A stretch of DNA of 64,000 nt, from positions 25,814-89,813 of the forward strand of contig JARGFP010000011.1 in NCBI GenBank assembly GCA_029210585.1, written 5' to 3'. A program made the translations under genes and the position numbers. Below the pieces are notes generated by a model, which did no database searches, had not been told where the DNA came from, and saw only the letters and a list, made by a program, of their open reading frames with translations. Positions 26,808 to 36,981 of the stretch are shown one piece after another. Origin of the DNA: Bacteroidales bacterium. Lineage in GTDB: Bacteria; Bacteroidota; Bacteroidia; Bacteroidales; GCA-2748055. Each line of letters begins with the position of its first letter. Position 1 is the first letter of the stretch.

Positions 26808-29800
26808 ATGAATATATTGAAAAAATATTTTGGCGTGATGCTCCTGCTATCTGTCCTTACAGGTACCCAGGCCCAGGACATCACTGAAGTGAGCACCACT
26901 TCAACCCCGGTATCCTGCGGAGGCGAATCCGACGGAACCATCACGGTCACGGTAGACGGAGGCATGGGAAATCTGAACTATTCGCTGTTCAAGGATGGGG
27001 TTTTCGAGACTTCCAGCAGTTTCATTCCGGATCGCACGTATACATTTGCCGGGTATCCCAGGGGAACAGACTATTTCATTTTCATTTCCGATGCCGACCC
27101 GGTAACCACGAACCTCTTCGTTCCCGCCAGCATCGGGGGGCCCGATACCATCCGGATCACCGGTACACTCATCACGGATATCAACTGCGCAGATGTCAAC
27201 GACGGCACCATCACTGTCACCGCTACAGGTGAAGATGGCAACCTGGTCTATACACTCAACGGACCTGTGACCGGCCAGAACAACCACGGATTTTTTAGCG
27301 GACTGCCCACCGGCACCTACGACGTTACCGTCTCACATGGTACCTGCAGCAGTACCGATAATGTATCGGGACTTTTCATCGACATTCCCCCGCCAATCAC
27401 TGTCAACCTCGACATCAATACTCCTGTGAGCTGCTTTGGCGGCAGCGACGGAGCACTTGAGATTACCCCTTCAGGCGGTATTCCACTGGGTACCGGTACC
27501 GGCTACACCTACTTCTGGACAGGTCCGAACGGATTCACCTCTGCACTGGAAGATATCGCAGGCATTGAAGCAGGCGAATATTCGGTTGAGATAACCGATG
27601 GAAATGGTTGCACAACAACCCTGGGGCCGATTACCGTTGACCAGGCAAGTGAAATCCTGGTCACTGTGACTTCCTCAACCAATGTTACCTGCAACGACGG
27701 GGCCGACGGTTCGGCAACCATCAATGTGACCGGCGGAACACCCGGTTATGTTTTTCTCTGGGAAGGTCAGTTCACGGGAACCACCCGCACCAACCAGGAT
27801 CCTGCAGGACTGGAAGCAGATACCTACTCCCTCACCGTTACAGATGCAGCCGGCTGTGCCAGGGATTTTCCGGGTGTGGTTACCATCTCTGAACCCGGCC
27901 CCATCACCGTTACCCTTTCCGGCACCACCAATGTAAGTTGCTTCGAAGGATCGGATGGCACGGCTGATATCACCGCAGCTGGCGGAACATTCCCCTATAC
28001 ATTCACCTGGACCGGCACATCCGGTTATACACCCACGGGGGAAGACCCCAACGGGATGCCGGCCGGAACCTATTCCCTTGAAATTACCGACATCAACGGG
28101 TGCAACCAAAACTTCCCGGATCTGTTCACCATCACGGAACCCGAAGATATTACGGCTGTGCTCGACGGATCAACAGATGTTTCCTGCTTTGGCGGGAACG
28201 ATGGAACCGCCCGGGTGACCATCGAAAAAGGTACGGGTCCGTATACCGTCCGGTGGATTGGCGACCTGACCGGCCATGTCAGTACCACAGAGGATCCTGC
28301 TGACCTTGTTGCAGACACCTATGACCTCGAGGTGACAGATGCCAACGGATGTGTGAAGGTGTTTGACAATATCGCCCTGATCGGTCAGCCGGACGATATC
28401 ACAGCCTCCTTTGGCATCACGGATGTGGCGTGCAACGGCGCATTCACCGGCGAAATCACAGTGGTGCCCCAGGGAGGGACCACTCCATACGCTTTTGCAT
28501 GGACAGGCCCGGATGATTTCACATCGCCGGACCAGGATATTGCCGGATTGGAGGCAGGTCCTTACGACCTGACGATTACGGATGCACAGGGATGCACCAG
28601 GGAATTTAACAACAATATTGTAAATGAAAACACAGCCATCACCGCATCATTCATTGCTGCCAACCTCACCTGCAATGGCTCCGGTGACGGGGAAATTGAT
28701 GTCACCGTGATCGGCGGAACACCACCATATACTTACAGCTGGAACGGCGACAACGGGTACACCAATACTACAGATGCTGATATTTCAGGACTGGCTGCGG
28801 GCAGTTATACACTCACAGTCACGGATGCGCTGGGGTGTGTCCGGTCATTTCCAGCCCAGGCCTTAACCGAACCTGCTCCCCTTGCAGCAACATTCAGCCC
28901 TGTCAATGTAACCTGCTTTGGTGCTGATAACGGCAGCATCAATGTCAGTGTAAGCGGGGGAACTTCTCCCTATGGCTTCCAGTGGACAGGCCCGAACGGA
29001 TTTGACGAAACAACCGAAGATATCTCCGGGCTCGAACCGGGAAGCTATTCCCTGGAAATCACAGATGACAGCGGGTGCGAGGCCACCTACACAGATGAAG
29101 TAACGATCACGGAACCCACAGAAATTACGGTGGTCGCCACATCAATTGATATCTCCTGCAACGGTGCAGATGATGGCTCCTTCAGTATCATCACCAGTGG
29201 TGGAACACCCGGCTATACCTATGCCTGGTCCGGGCCCGGCGGATTCACTTCCGACCAACCCAACCCCGAATCACTTGGACCCGGAACCTACAGCCTGACC
29301 GTTACGGATGGCAATGGCTGCATCGGGATCTTTAATAATATTGCGACCATCAATGAACCCACAGCCATTGAGGTAACCTTCAGCGACCAGACCAACCTGG
29401 AATGTTTCGGCGACAATAACGGGAGCATTTCTATTGATGTAACAGGCGGTGTTGCTTCATACACTTTTTCCTGGACCAACAGCGCAGGATCCGTCGTTTC
29501 AACCGATGAGGATCCGTCTGGTTTGACGGCAGGCACCTACTCCCTGGTGGTCACCGACAACACCCTTTGCAGTGTTACCTATCCTGACGCAGTGGAACTC
29601 ACTGAGCCATCACAGCTGACCCTCTCGCTCACCATGACCGGTGTGCTGTGTCCGGGGGAAAGCAATGGCACCATAACTGCATCTGCTGCCGGGGGAACAC
29701 CTGGTTACAGGTATGCGCTATCCCCGGGTGGACCGTTCACTCCGAATAATGATTTCAACGGATTGCCGGCCGGACCGTCTACTGTGTATACCAGGGATGC

Positions 29801-32012
29801 AAACGGATGTATCGCGGAAGCAACCATTAGTGTGGAAGAACCCCTGCCCATCTCCATCACCTCGCAATCCGCTGTTCCGGCAACTTGCCATGGCACATCC
29901 ACCGGTGCAGTGATTGTTACAGCCGAAGGGGGTACCCCCGGTTACACCTATACCCTTACGCCAGCCTTGCTGCCTCCCCAAAACAACGGAACATTCAGCG
30001 GGCTCCCGTTAGGGGATTACGTGGTTGAGGTAGACGACAGCGAAGGTTGCGGACCGGTACCTTCAGGAACGATCACCGTTACCGAACCCACCGCGATACA
30101 GGTAGATTCTGTTCACACGGGACATATTTCCTGCAATGGCTCCGGCGACGGAAAAATCTCAGTATACGTCAGCGGAGGTACTCCCCCGTATGAATACTCC
30201 ACGGACAATGGGGCCACTTTTCAAACAGATCCCGGGTTTACCAACCTTGCCCCGGGAACATACGATGTGTTTGTAAGAGATGCAAACGGATGTCCGCTTC
30301 CTGCAGGTACCTATACACTGAAAGAACCACCCGTCCTCACCGTCACAGGAGTGGTCACAGATGTAACACCCTGCTTCGGGGAAACAAACGGGGCCATTGA
30401 GGCTGCAGCAACAGGAGGATGGAACGATTTTGCATACAGCATCGATGGAATCACTTTCCAACCCACCAGAGATTTTACAGGCCTTACCGGCGGAGACTAT
30501 ACCATCACCGTCAGGGATACAGGAAACTGTACTGTTATGGCTGATTTCACCGTTGCCCAGCCGGAAGCAGTCACTGCCACCGTGGTAAAAACAAACTATG
30601 TGGGCGCATCGCTGGGGACGATCACGATTTCGGATCCTGCGGGAGGTACCCCACCCTATGAATATTCCATCGACGGACCTGCAGGTACCTTTACTGGCAT
30701 AACCAGCTATACCGACCTGTCGGCCGGCGCCTATGAAGTGGTTGTGCGGGATGCAATCGGATGCATCTACCAGAAGACAATAATAATTTTCGATATCCTG
30801 CCTCTTGCCATGACAATACTTTCAACTGATGTTACGTGTCATGGACTGAACAATGGCACCATTGAATTCCAGCCCCAGGATGCCGAAGGCGGCGTATACT
30901 ATTCGATCGACGATGGTGCCACCTATGTGACCAGCCAGTTGTTTGAAAACCTGCCCGGGGACTCCACCTACCAACTGCATGCCTACGATGATGCAGGCAA
31001 AGAGTACTCAGGCAGCGCGATCATTAACGTACCTGCCGAACTGACCGTTTTTGCCAGTGTATCTCCTGCCAACTGTAACGCATTCAGTGAGACCGGCGGA
31101 GTGAACCTGACCATCAGCGGAGGCACCGGGGTGAAAACCGTGGATTGGTCAGACGGCAGCACAGGAGCACTCCTTTCGAACGCATTGGCCGGGCAGCATA
31201 TCTATACCGTTACAGATGAAAACGGCTGCGTGGTTACCGACACCGCCACTATCCCGGCTTTCGTGATTGTCAATGCCGAAGCAGGCAGAGACACAACAGT
31301 CTGCGCCGGTTCAACACTGGTGCTGGATGCCGTTCCAGGCGACGTAATGCTCTGGGAACCTGCTACATACCTGAGCAATACAGCTGTTCCGAATCCTGTC
31401 GTTTCCAACATCACCGATACAATCGTGTATACATACACTTCGCGCGAGACCGGCTCAGGGTTTGGATGCTATGACACTGATACGCTCAAGATCAATGTGT
31501 TGCCAACCTATGGCATTGAGATTACACAGGATACATTTGCCCTCGAAGGCCAGCCGATCCAGCTCCAGACCGTAACCGATGGCAATTTCCTGACCTACCA
31601 GTGGATTCCTGAAACAGGTCTTGACCAATCTGACGTGCCCGACCCTGTGGCTTCCATAATTAAAAGTACCAGGTATATCCTGCTTGCCACCAACGACTAT
31701 GGATGCATCGAATCCGATTCGGTACTGATCGAACTGGTGGAAGACCTCACGGTCTACAACGCCTTCTCGCCAAACGGAGATTACGCAAACGAATATTTCG
31801 AAATTGATAATGCATCCAAATTCCCGGATATCATCGTCCAGGTATTCAACAGGTGGGGCAGCAAGGTCTTCTATTCCGAAGGATACAGCGATGACAAGCG
31901 CTGGGACGGAACCTTCAACGGGAAAGAGGCCCCCGTGGGCACCTACTACTATGTGATCATACCAAAACCGGGCGCAACACCCATTACGGGGAATGTAACT
32001 ATAATCAGGTAA
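26808..32012 (+). CDS. SprB-type repeat adhesin with a T9SS type-B C-terminal sorting domain
   Basis: 1734 aa with a signal peptide. 18 modules of the form C-x-G-x-x-DG-x-I-x-V...GG-x-PY-x-(Y/F)-x-W...G-x-Y-x-(L/V)-x-V-x-D-x-x-GC. C-terminus YNAFSPNGDYANEYFEI...FNRWGSKVFYSEGY...WDGTFNGKEAPVGTYYYVI matches the gliding-associated C-terminal domain. Confidence 0.88.
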   Translation: MNILKKYFGVMLLLSVLTGTQAQDITEVSTTSTPVSCGGESDGTITVTVDGGMGNLNYSLFKDGVFETSSSFIPDRTYTFAGYPRGTDYFIFISDADPVTTNLFVPASIGGPDTIRITGTLITDINCADVNDGTITVTATGEDGNLVYTLNGPVTGQNNHGFFSGLPTGTYDVTVSHGTCSSTDNVSGLFIDIPPPITVNLDINTPVSCFGGSDGALEITPSGGIPLGTGTGYTYFWTGPNGFTSALEDIAGIEAGEYSVEITDGNGCTTTLGPITVDQASEILVTVTSSTNVTCNDGADGSATINVTGGTPGYVFLWEGQFTGTTRTNQDPAGLEADTYSLTVTDAAGCARDFPGVVTISEPGPITVTLSGTTNVSCFEGSDGTADITAAGGTFPYTFTWTGTSGYTPTGEDPNGMPAGTYSLEITDINGCNQNFPDLFTITEPEDITAVLDGSTDVSCFGGNDGTARVTIEKGTGPYTVRWIGDLTGHVSTTEDPADLVADTYDLEVTDANGCVKVFDNIALIGQPDDITASFGITDVACNGAFTGEITVVPQGGTTPYAFAWTGPDDFTSPDQDIAGLEAGPYDLTITDAQGCTREFNNNIVNENTAITASFIAANLTCNGSGDGEIDVTVIGGTPPYTYSWNGDNGYTNTTDADISGLAAGSYTLTVTDALGCVRSFPAQALTEPAPLAATFSPVNVTCFGADNGSINVSVSGGTSPYGFQWTGPNGFDETTEDISGLEPGSYSLEITDDSGCEATYTDEVTITEPTEITVVATSIDISCNGADDGSFSIITSGGTPGYTYAWSGPGGFTSDQPNPESLGPGTYSLTVTDGNGCIGIFNNIATINEPTAIEVTFSDQTNLECFGDNNGSISIDVTGGVASYTFSWTNSAGSVVSTDEDPSGLTAGTYSLVVTDNTLCSVTYPDAVELTEPSQLTLSLTMTGVLCPGESNGTITASAAGGTPGYRYALSPGGPFTPNNDFNGLPAGPSTVYTRDANGCIAEATISVEEPLPISITSQSAVPATCHGTSTGAVIVTAEGGTPGYTYTLTPALLPPQNNGTFSGLPLGDYVVEVDDSEGCGPVPSGTITVTEPTAIQVDSVHTGHISCNGSGDGKISVYVSGGTPPYEYSTDNGATFQTDPGFTNLAPGTYDVFVRDANGCPLPAGTYTLKEPPVLTVTGVVTDVTPCFGETNGAIEAAATGGWNDFAYSIDGITFQPTRDFTGLTGGDYTITVRDTGNCTVMADFTVAQPEAVTATVVKTNYVGASLGTITISDPAGGTPPYEYSIDGPAGTFTGITSYTDLSAGAYEVVVRDAIGCIYQKTIIIFDILPLAMTILSTDVTCHGLNNGTIEFQPQDAEGGVYYSIDDGATYVTSQLFENLPGDSTYQLHAYDDAGKEYSGSAIINVPAELTVFASVSPANCNAFSETGGVNLTISGGTGVKTVDWSDGSTGALLSNALAGQHIYTVTDENGCVVTDTATIPAFVIVNAEAGRDTTVCAGSTLVLDAVPGDVMLWEPATYLSNTAVPNPVVSNITDTIVYTYTSRETGSGFGCYDTDTLKINVLPTYGIEITQDTFALEGQPIQLQTVTDGNFLTYQWIPETGLDQSDVPDPVASIIKSTRYILLATNDYGCIESDSVLIELVEDLTVYNAFSPNGDYANEYFEIDNASKFPDIIVQVFNRWGSKVFYSEGYSDDKRWDGTFNGKEAPVGTYYYVIIPKPGATPITGNVTIIR
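26900..31253 (+). repeat. Coding tandem array of 18 diverged SprB-type modules (about 75-85 aa, roughly 230-250 nt each)
   Basis: I counted 18 occurrences of the Cys-Gly...DG/NG-x-I...GG module start in the translation. The last two are degenerate. Confidence 0.8.
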
Positions 32013-32015
32013 GCG

Positions 32016-32912
32016 ATGAGAAAACTACGAACCATATTGATCCTGTTTGTCATGGCCGGTTCCCTGAACCTGGCCGGCCAGCAGCTGCCACAGTTCTCGC
32101 AGTACATGTTCAACGACTTCGTGCTGAACCCGGCGATTGCAGGAATACACGATTATTACCAGATCAGGACCAACCACCGTTTCCAGTGGGTGGGAATGAC
32201 CGATCCGCCCCTAACCAATTCCATTTCGTTTTACGGTCCGCATTCCAGCATGGACATGGGATTCGGCGGTACCATCTACACCGATGTGACCGGTCCTACA
32301 AGCAGGACGGGAGTGTCCGGATCCTACGGTTACAACATTGCCGTTTACGGTGATATGCGGCTTTCCATGGGACTCAACCTGAGTATCCTGCAATACCGGG
32401 TGGATGGTACGCAGCTGACACCGAAAGATCCTTCCGATATGTTCATCCAGGGTGTGGTGAGCACGACCTATGTGCCCGATGCCGGGGTGGGTGTATACCT
32501 CTACGGTGATCGTTACTATGCCGGGATCTCGGCGGCCCAGCTTCTGAACAACAAACTCGAAATATTTGAAGAGAAAACCGGCCTTAATAGATTAAAAAGC
32601 CATTTCTTTGTAACCGGGGGATATCGCTTTGAGATGGACCCCGATTGGATACTTGAACCATCTGCAATCATCAAGGCTACCGCACCGAGCCAGTTCCGGT
32701 TCGAGGTGAACACAAAAGTGGAATGGATGGAGATGGTTTGGCTTGCCGCAGGGTACCGGTTCCACGAAGCTATGACCATCATGGCAGGATACAATTACGA
32801 CGATAAATTTTATTTTGGCTACGCCTATGATATCGGGATAACCGAATTAAGATACTACAATATGGGCAGCCACGAAATCATGATAGGATACAGGTTCAAT
32901 GATATTAAATAA
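32016..32912 (+). CDS. sprF: PorP/SprF-family T9SS membrane protein, cognate partner of the upstream adhesin
   Basis: Starts 3 nt after the adhesin stop. Motifs QQLPQFSQYMFNDFVLNPAIAG and GSHEIMIGYRF. Confidence 0.85.
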   Translation: MRKLRTILILFVMAGSLNLAGQQLPQFSQYMFNDFVLNPAIAGIHDYYQIRTNHRFQWVGMTDPPLTNSISFYGPHSSMDMGFGGTIYTDVTGPTSRTGVSGSYGYNIAVYGDMRLSMGLNLSILQYRVDGTQLTPKDPSDMFIQGVVSTTYVPDAGVGVYLYGDRYYAGISAAQLLNNKLEIFEEKTGLNRLKSHFFVTGGYRFEMDPDWILEPSAIIKATAPSQFRFEVNTKVEWMEMVWLAAGYRFHEAMTIMAGYNYDDKFYFGYAYDIGITELRYYNMGSHEIMIGYRFNDIK

Positions 32913-33312
32913 AAACATCACCCGTCTGGCAGCAATACTGCTTGCCGCCACCATCCTGCTTGGCAGCGCAGCATGTAAAAGGGAAAAGAAAATCAGCGGC
33001 AAGGAATACATTGAAAAGGAAGTACTCGTGCAGGTCCTGATGGACATGCACCTGATGGACGGTATCACCAATGACATGAAATTCTACCGGAAATTCAATC
33101 CGGGTGACAGTATTGACATTTATGGCCCGATTTTTAACAAATATGATATTGACAGGGAGATGTATGACCGCACCATCAAAGAATACAGCAAATACCCGCA
33201 ACTGATGGACGAAGTCTACGACCAGGTACTGATGCAGCTGAATCTGCTCCAGGACAAGATTGAAAGCGAGGAAGACAAGAAGATTGAGGTCATCAATGGC
33301 AGGAACCGCTGA
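32899..33312 (+). CDS. Small lipoprotein, DUF4296-like
   Basis: 137 aa with lipobox LLGSAAC. The segment LVQVLMDMHLMDGI...YGPIFNKYDIDREMYDRTIKEYSKYP resembles the DUF4296 family as I remember it. Overlaps the sprF end by 14 nt. Confidence 0.55.
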   Translation: MILNKNITRLAAILLAATILLGSAACKREKKISGKEYIEKEVLVQVLMDMHLMDGITNDMKFYRKFNPGDSIDIYGPIFNKYDIDREMYDRTIKEYSKYPQLMDEVYDQVLMQLNLLQDKIESEEDKKIEVINGRNR

Positions 33313-33322
33313 AAGGCATCTT

Positions 33323-33946
33323 TCAGAAAATATAGACAGCCATCACACCCAGTGTGGCCAAAAAACCAATCATGAACCCGGCAAATATTTCACGGGGCTG
33401 ATGCAGGCCCAGCCTCAGTCTTGCACTGCCGACAAGTCCCCCAACCAGCACTGTCGCAATGAATAAATACTGAAGGGCGGCACCATAGATCAATACAACC
33501 ACCAATATGGTTCCGACCATCACGCCGATACCAACCATGTGGATGCTGGGTTTCATGAAATGATTCACTACCAGGGCGAAAAACAAAGCCGCGGTCGGAC
33601 AAAACAGGAAAACGATATGTCCTCCTGTCAGTTGCGGGATTCCGCGCATGACAAAAAAGGTGAACACGTAAAGGATCATGGTCAGCGCCATGGGCAACAC
33701 ACGCTCCCTGCGTTCGTTCAGCTCAATATTATGAATCACGCGCGTAATATAAAGGATAATGATCAGTGAAGCAGGAAACACAAATGTAAACAATGCCGTT
33801 ATGATAATGGAAAGACGCTTCACCTCTGGTTGCAAAACCGATAAGGAAGTCCCTGAATTGAGCAGCACCAGCATTCCCAGGGTAGTCATGACCAGGGGAT
33901 GGAAAAGGTAGGAAACAGTCTTTGCCACGGATTTCACCATCATCAA
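33323..33946 (-). CDS. Polytopic membrane protein, possibly a PAP2-superfamily relative
   Basis: 207 aa with about 6 hydrophobic helices. Weak PAP2-like remnants KPSIH and ARLRLGLHQPREIFAGFMIG. Follows rpoN with a 3-nt gap. Confidence 0.4.
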   Translation of the reverse strand: MMMVKSVAKTVSYLFHPLVMTTLGMLVLLNSGTSLSVLQPEVKRLSIIITALFTFVFPASLIIILYITRVIHNIELNERRERVLPMALTMILYVFTFFVMRGIPQLTGGHIVFLFCPTAALFFALVVNHFMKPSIHMVGIGVMVGTILVVVLIYGAALQYLFIATVLVGGLVGSARLRLGLHQPREIFAGFMIGFLATLGVMAVYIF

Positions 33947-33949
33947 ATA

Positions 33950-35395
33950 TTATAGTTCTTTTCTGAGGCGCGCTACAGGCAGGTTCAGTTGCTCGCGGTA
34001 TTTTGCAACTGTTCTCCGTGCGATCTGGTATCCTTTTTCCTGCAGGATCACAGCCAGTTTATCATCCGTCAGCGGCTTACGTTTATCTTCATTGCTGATG
34101 CAGTCGTTGAGGATCTTCTTGATCTCCCGCGTGGAAACCTCTTCCCCGCTGTCTGTCTGCATCCCTTCCGAGAAAAAGTATTTAAGAGGAAAAATACCGA
34201 AATGTGTCTGAATATACTTGCTGTTGACGACGCGCGATATGGTGGATATATCCAGCCCGGTCATTTCGGCAATGTCTTTGAGAATCATGGGTCTGAACAA
34301 CGTCTCATCCCCCTCTTCGAAATACTTTGCCTGGTATTGAAGGATGGCCTCCATGGTAAGCATCAGGGTATTCTGCCGCTGTCGGATGGCATCAATGAAC
34401 CACTTGGCCGAATCCAGCTTCTGCTTCACAAAGGTAACCGCATCCTTGTCGTCGCGCGAAGCGCTTTTCTTGTTGGCATTATAGGATTCCAGCATTTCCG
34501 AATAGGTTCTGCTGAGGCGGAGTTCAGGTACATTGGAGGCATTAAGAAATAATTCCAGCTCCCCGTTGTTCAGTTCAAGTATAAAATCCGGAACAATCTG
34601 CTGAAAGGATTTGCTCTGTACATCGCCATATGCGCCCCCCGGCTTAGGGTTAAGATGAATGATCACATCCAGTGCCTGCTTCAGTTGTTCCTCGGAAATG
34701 GAAAGCCTGTTAATGATCTTATCATAATGCTTGTTGGTGAATTCGTTGAAATGGAACTTCAGGATCTTATAGGCGATTTCATCTTCAGGCTCCTCAAGCC
34801 CTGACCTGGAGAGTTGCAACATCAGGCACTCCTGGAGGCTCCTGGCACCCACACCGGCAGGGTCGAAATCCTGGATGATCATCAGCACGGCATGCAGTTC
34901 CTCGTAAGACGTTTCCAGTCCAAATGTAAACGCCAGGTCATCGGCAATCGCCTCGAGTTCCCTCCTCAGGTACCCGTCTTCATCGATGTTCCCGATGATA
35001 TACTCCCCGAGCAATTCCTGCTTCTCGTCCAGCTTGCGCAAGCCCATCTGCTCACTGAGATGTTCCCGGAAGGTGCTGCCCACGGAAAACGGGATTTCCT
35101 CCTGCTTGTCGTCCCTCGAATAGTTCTGGGCATTCAGCCGGTAGCTGGGAATTTCATCGTCATCCATGTAATCCTCCAGGGAGAACTCATCCTGTTCCTG
35201 TGTTTCCTCACTTGTTTCCTGTTCGTCCTGGCCCGAAGTATCTTCCGACCCCTCCTCCAGCACCGGGTTCTCTTCCAGCTCTTTCTTGATGCGCTGCTCC
35301 AGCTGCACTGCAGGTATTTCCAGCAGCTTGATCATCTGGATCTGCTGCGGGGAAAGTTTCTGAAGTAATTTTTGCTGAAGCCTCTGGTTTAGCAT
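33950..35395 (-). CDS. rpoN: RNA polymerase sigma-54 factor
   Basis: 481 aa. Gln/Leu-rich region I (LQQKLLQKLSPQQIQMIKLLE), an acidic linker, and the C-terminal RpoN box ARRTVAKYREQL. Confidence 0.95.
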   Translation of the reverse strand: MLNQRLQQKLLQKLSPQQIQMIKLLEIPAVQLEQRIKKELEENPVLEEGSEDTSGQDEQETSEETQEQDEFSLEDYMDDDEIPSYRLNAQNYSRDDKQEEIPFSVGSTFREHLSEQMGLRKLDEKQELLGEYIIGNIDEDGYLRRELEAIADDLAFTFGLETSYEELHAVLMIIQDFDPAGVGARSLQECLMLQLSRSGLEEPEDEIAYKILKFHFNEFTNKHYDKIINRLSISEEQLKQALDVIIHLNPKPGGAYGDVQSKSFQQIVPDFILELNNGELELFLNASNVPELRLSRTYSEMLESYNANKKSASRDDKDAVTFVKQKLDSAKWFIDAIRQRQNTLMLTMEAILQYQAKYFEEGDETLFRPMILKDIAEMTGLDISTISRVVNSKYIQTHFGIFPLKYFFSEGMQTDSGEEVSTREIKKILNDCISNEDKRKPLTDDKLAVILQEKGYQIARRTVAKYREQLNLPVARLRKEL

Positions 35396-35406
35396 GCCCT
35401 AAGATA

Positions 35407-36795
35407 TTAAAATTCCGCACTCTTTGGTGTCCTGGGGAAAGGAATCACATCCCTGATGTTGCTCATTCCGGTCACAAACATCAGCAACCGCTCGAATCCC
35501 AGGCCAAATCCACTGTGTTCAACCGTACCGAATTTACGTGTATCCAGGTACCACCACAGTTCCTCTTCGGGGATTTCCATCTCCCGCATTCTTTTCAGTA
35601 ACTTCTCATGGTTCTCTTCCCGCTGTGAACCACCGATGATCTCCCCGATTTTGGGAAACAGCACATCCATGGCCCGCACCGTTTTTCCATCCTCATTCTG
35701 CTTCATATAAAAGGATTTGATCTCCGACGGGTAACCTGTCAGGATAACCGGCTTTTTGAACTCCTGCTCCACCAGGTAACGCTCATGCTCAGCCTGCAGG
35801 TCGGCACCCCAACCCACCGGGAATTCAAATTGCTTCCCTGATTTTTCAAGGAGTTCAATGGCCTCTGTATAGCTTATCCGCACGAAATCATTTTCCAGGA
35901 TGAATTGCAGCCTTTCCAGCAGTTCCTTGTCGATCATGTTGTTCAGGAAATCGAGATCATCCTTGCAGTGGTCCAGTGCATAGCGCACCAGGTACTTCAG
36001 AAAATCCTCCGCAAGGTCCATATTGTCATCAATGTCATAAAACGCCATCTCCGGCTCAATCATCCAGAATTCAGCCACATGCCTGGGCGTATTTGAATTC
36101 TCCGCCCGGAAAGTGGGACCGAAGGTGTAAATGGAAGACAGCGCCAGTGCACCCAGCTCACCTTCCAGCTGCCCGGAAACGGTGAGGTTGGTGGACCTGC
36201 CAAAGAAATCCTGTCCGAAATCGATCTTCCCCTGGTCATCCCTGGGTGGATCAACCAGGTCAAGGGTGGTTACCCTGAACATGGCACCGGCGCCTTCCGC
36301 ATCAGAAGCCGTGATGATCGGGGTATGCAGGTAGTAAAAACCCTTGTCGTTAAAATACTTGTGAATGGCGAACGACAATGCATGCCTGATGCGGAAGACC
36401 GCACCAAAGGTGTTGGTCCTGAACCTCAGGTGGGCAATCTCCCGGAGGAACTCGAAGGAATGTCCCTTCTTCTGCAGGGGATATACCTCGGGATCACAGG
36501 CCCCCAGCAGTTCAATGCTTTCGGCGTGGATCTCCACCTGCTGTCCTTTTCCAAGTGACTCCACGAGCCGGCCCTTTACCGACAGTGAACACCCTGTGGT
36601 AACCTGCTTCAGCAGCGCTTCCGGGAACTTTTCAGCATCGGCAACCACCTGCATGTTATGAATAGTGGTACCGTCGTTGATGGCAATGAAGGCCACCTTT
36701 TTATTACCCCTCCTGGTCCGTACCCACCCCTTGAGCAATACCGCTTCGTTTAATTTCCCGCCTGCGAACAATTCCTTTACTGTCGATCTGATCAT
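35407..36795 (-). CDS. asnS: Asparagine--tRNA ligase
   Basis: 462 aa. OB-fold N-domain, class II motifs ([37 protein letters not shown]) and a C-terminus PFPRTP. Confidence 0.97.
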   Translation of the reverse strand: MIRSTVKELFAGGKLNEAVLLKGWVRTRRGNKKVAFIAINDGTTIHNMQVVADAEKFPEALLKQVTTGCSLSVKGRLVESLGKGQQVEIHAESIELLGACDPEVYPLQKKGHSFEFLREIAHLRFRTNTFGAVFRIRHALSFAIHKYFNDKGFYYLHTPIITASDAEGAGAMFRVTTLDLVDPPRDDQGKIDFGQDFFGRSTNLTVSGQLEGELGALALSSIYTFGPTFRAENSNTPRHVAEFWMIEPEMAFYDIDDNMDLAEDFLKYLVRYALDHCKDDLDFLNNMIDKELLERLQFILENDFVRISYTEAIELLEKSGKQFEFPVGWGADLQAEHERYLVEQEFKKPVILTGYPSEIKSFYMKQNEDGKTVRAMDVLFPKIGEIIGGSQREENHEKLLKRMREMEIPEEELWWYLDTRKFGTVEHSGFGLGFERLLMFVTGMSNIRDVIPFPRTPKSAEF

Positions 36796-36845
36796 TGGTT
36801 TCTAATTTCTTTTCAGGGATGCCACCCTGTTTTAATTTCAATGTA

Positions 36846-36853
36846 CAAAAATA
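36846..36853 (-). promoter_or_regulatory. Candidate -7 box TATTTTTG for the asnS-rpoN operon
   Basis: The reverse complement of caaaaata fits TAnnTTTG. It ends 50 nt upstream of the asnS ATG. Confidence 0.4.
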
Positions 36854-36981
36854 AGATTTTTAAAACTTAAAAAGCATTTGTACAGAGATAATGCGTGCTT
36901 CATAATAAGACATACCCTGGTTTCGTTTTTCCATAGCAATGCTTTACTATGTGGTGAGAAACAGTTAATTTTACAAGCGTA

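Noticed and set aside
26900-31253. Strong periodicity of about 230-250 nt that could be mistaken for a non-coding tandem repeat or CRISPR-like array.
   Set aside because: It is one continuous open reading frame encoding SprB-type modules. The repeats are diverged, with no repeat-spacer structure.
36842-36884. The 8-bp inverted repeat TGTACAAA-N27-TTTGTACA in the asnS/usp divergent region, considered as a possible operator.
   Set aside because: Each arm contains a TTTG in the orientation of a -7-type box for the gene it faces. Back-to-back divergent promoters explain the symmetry without invoking a repressor site.
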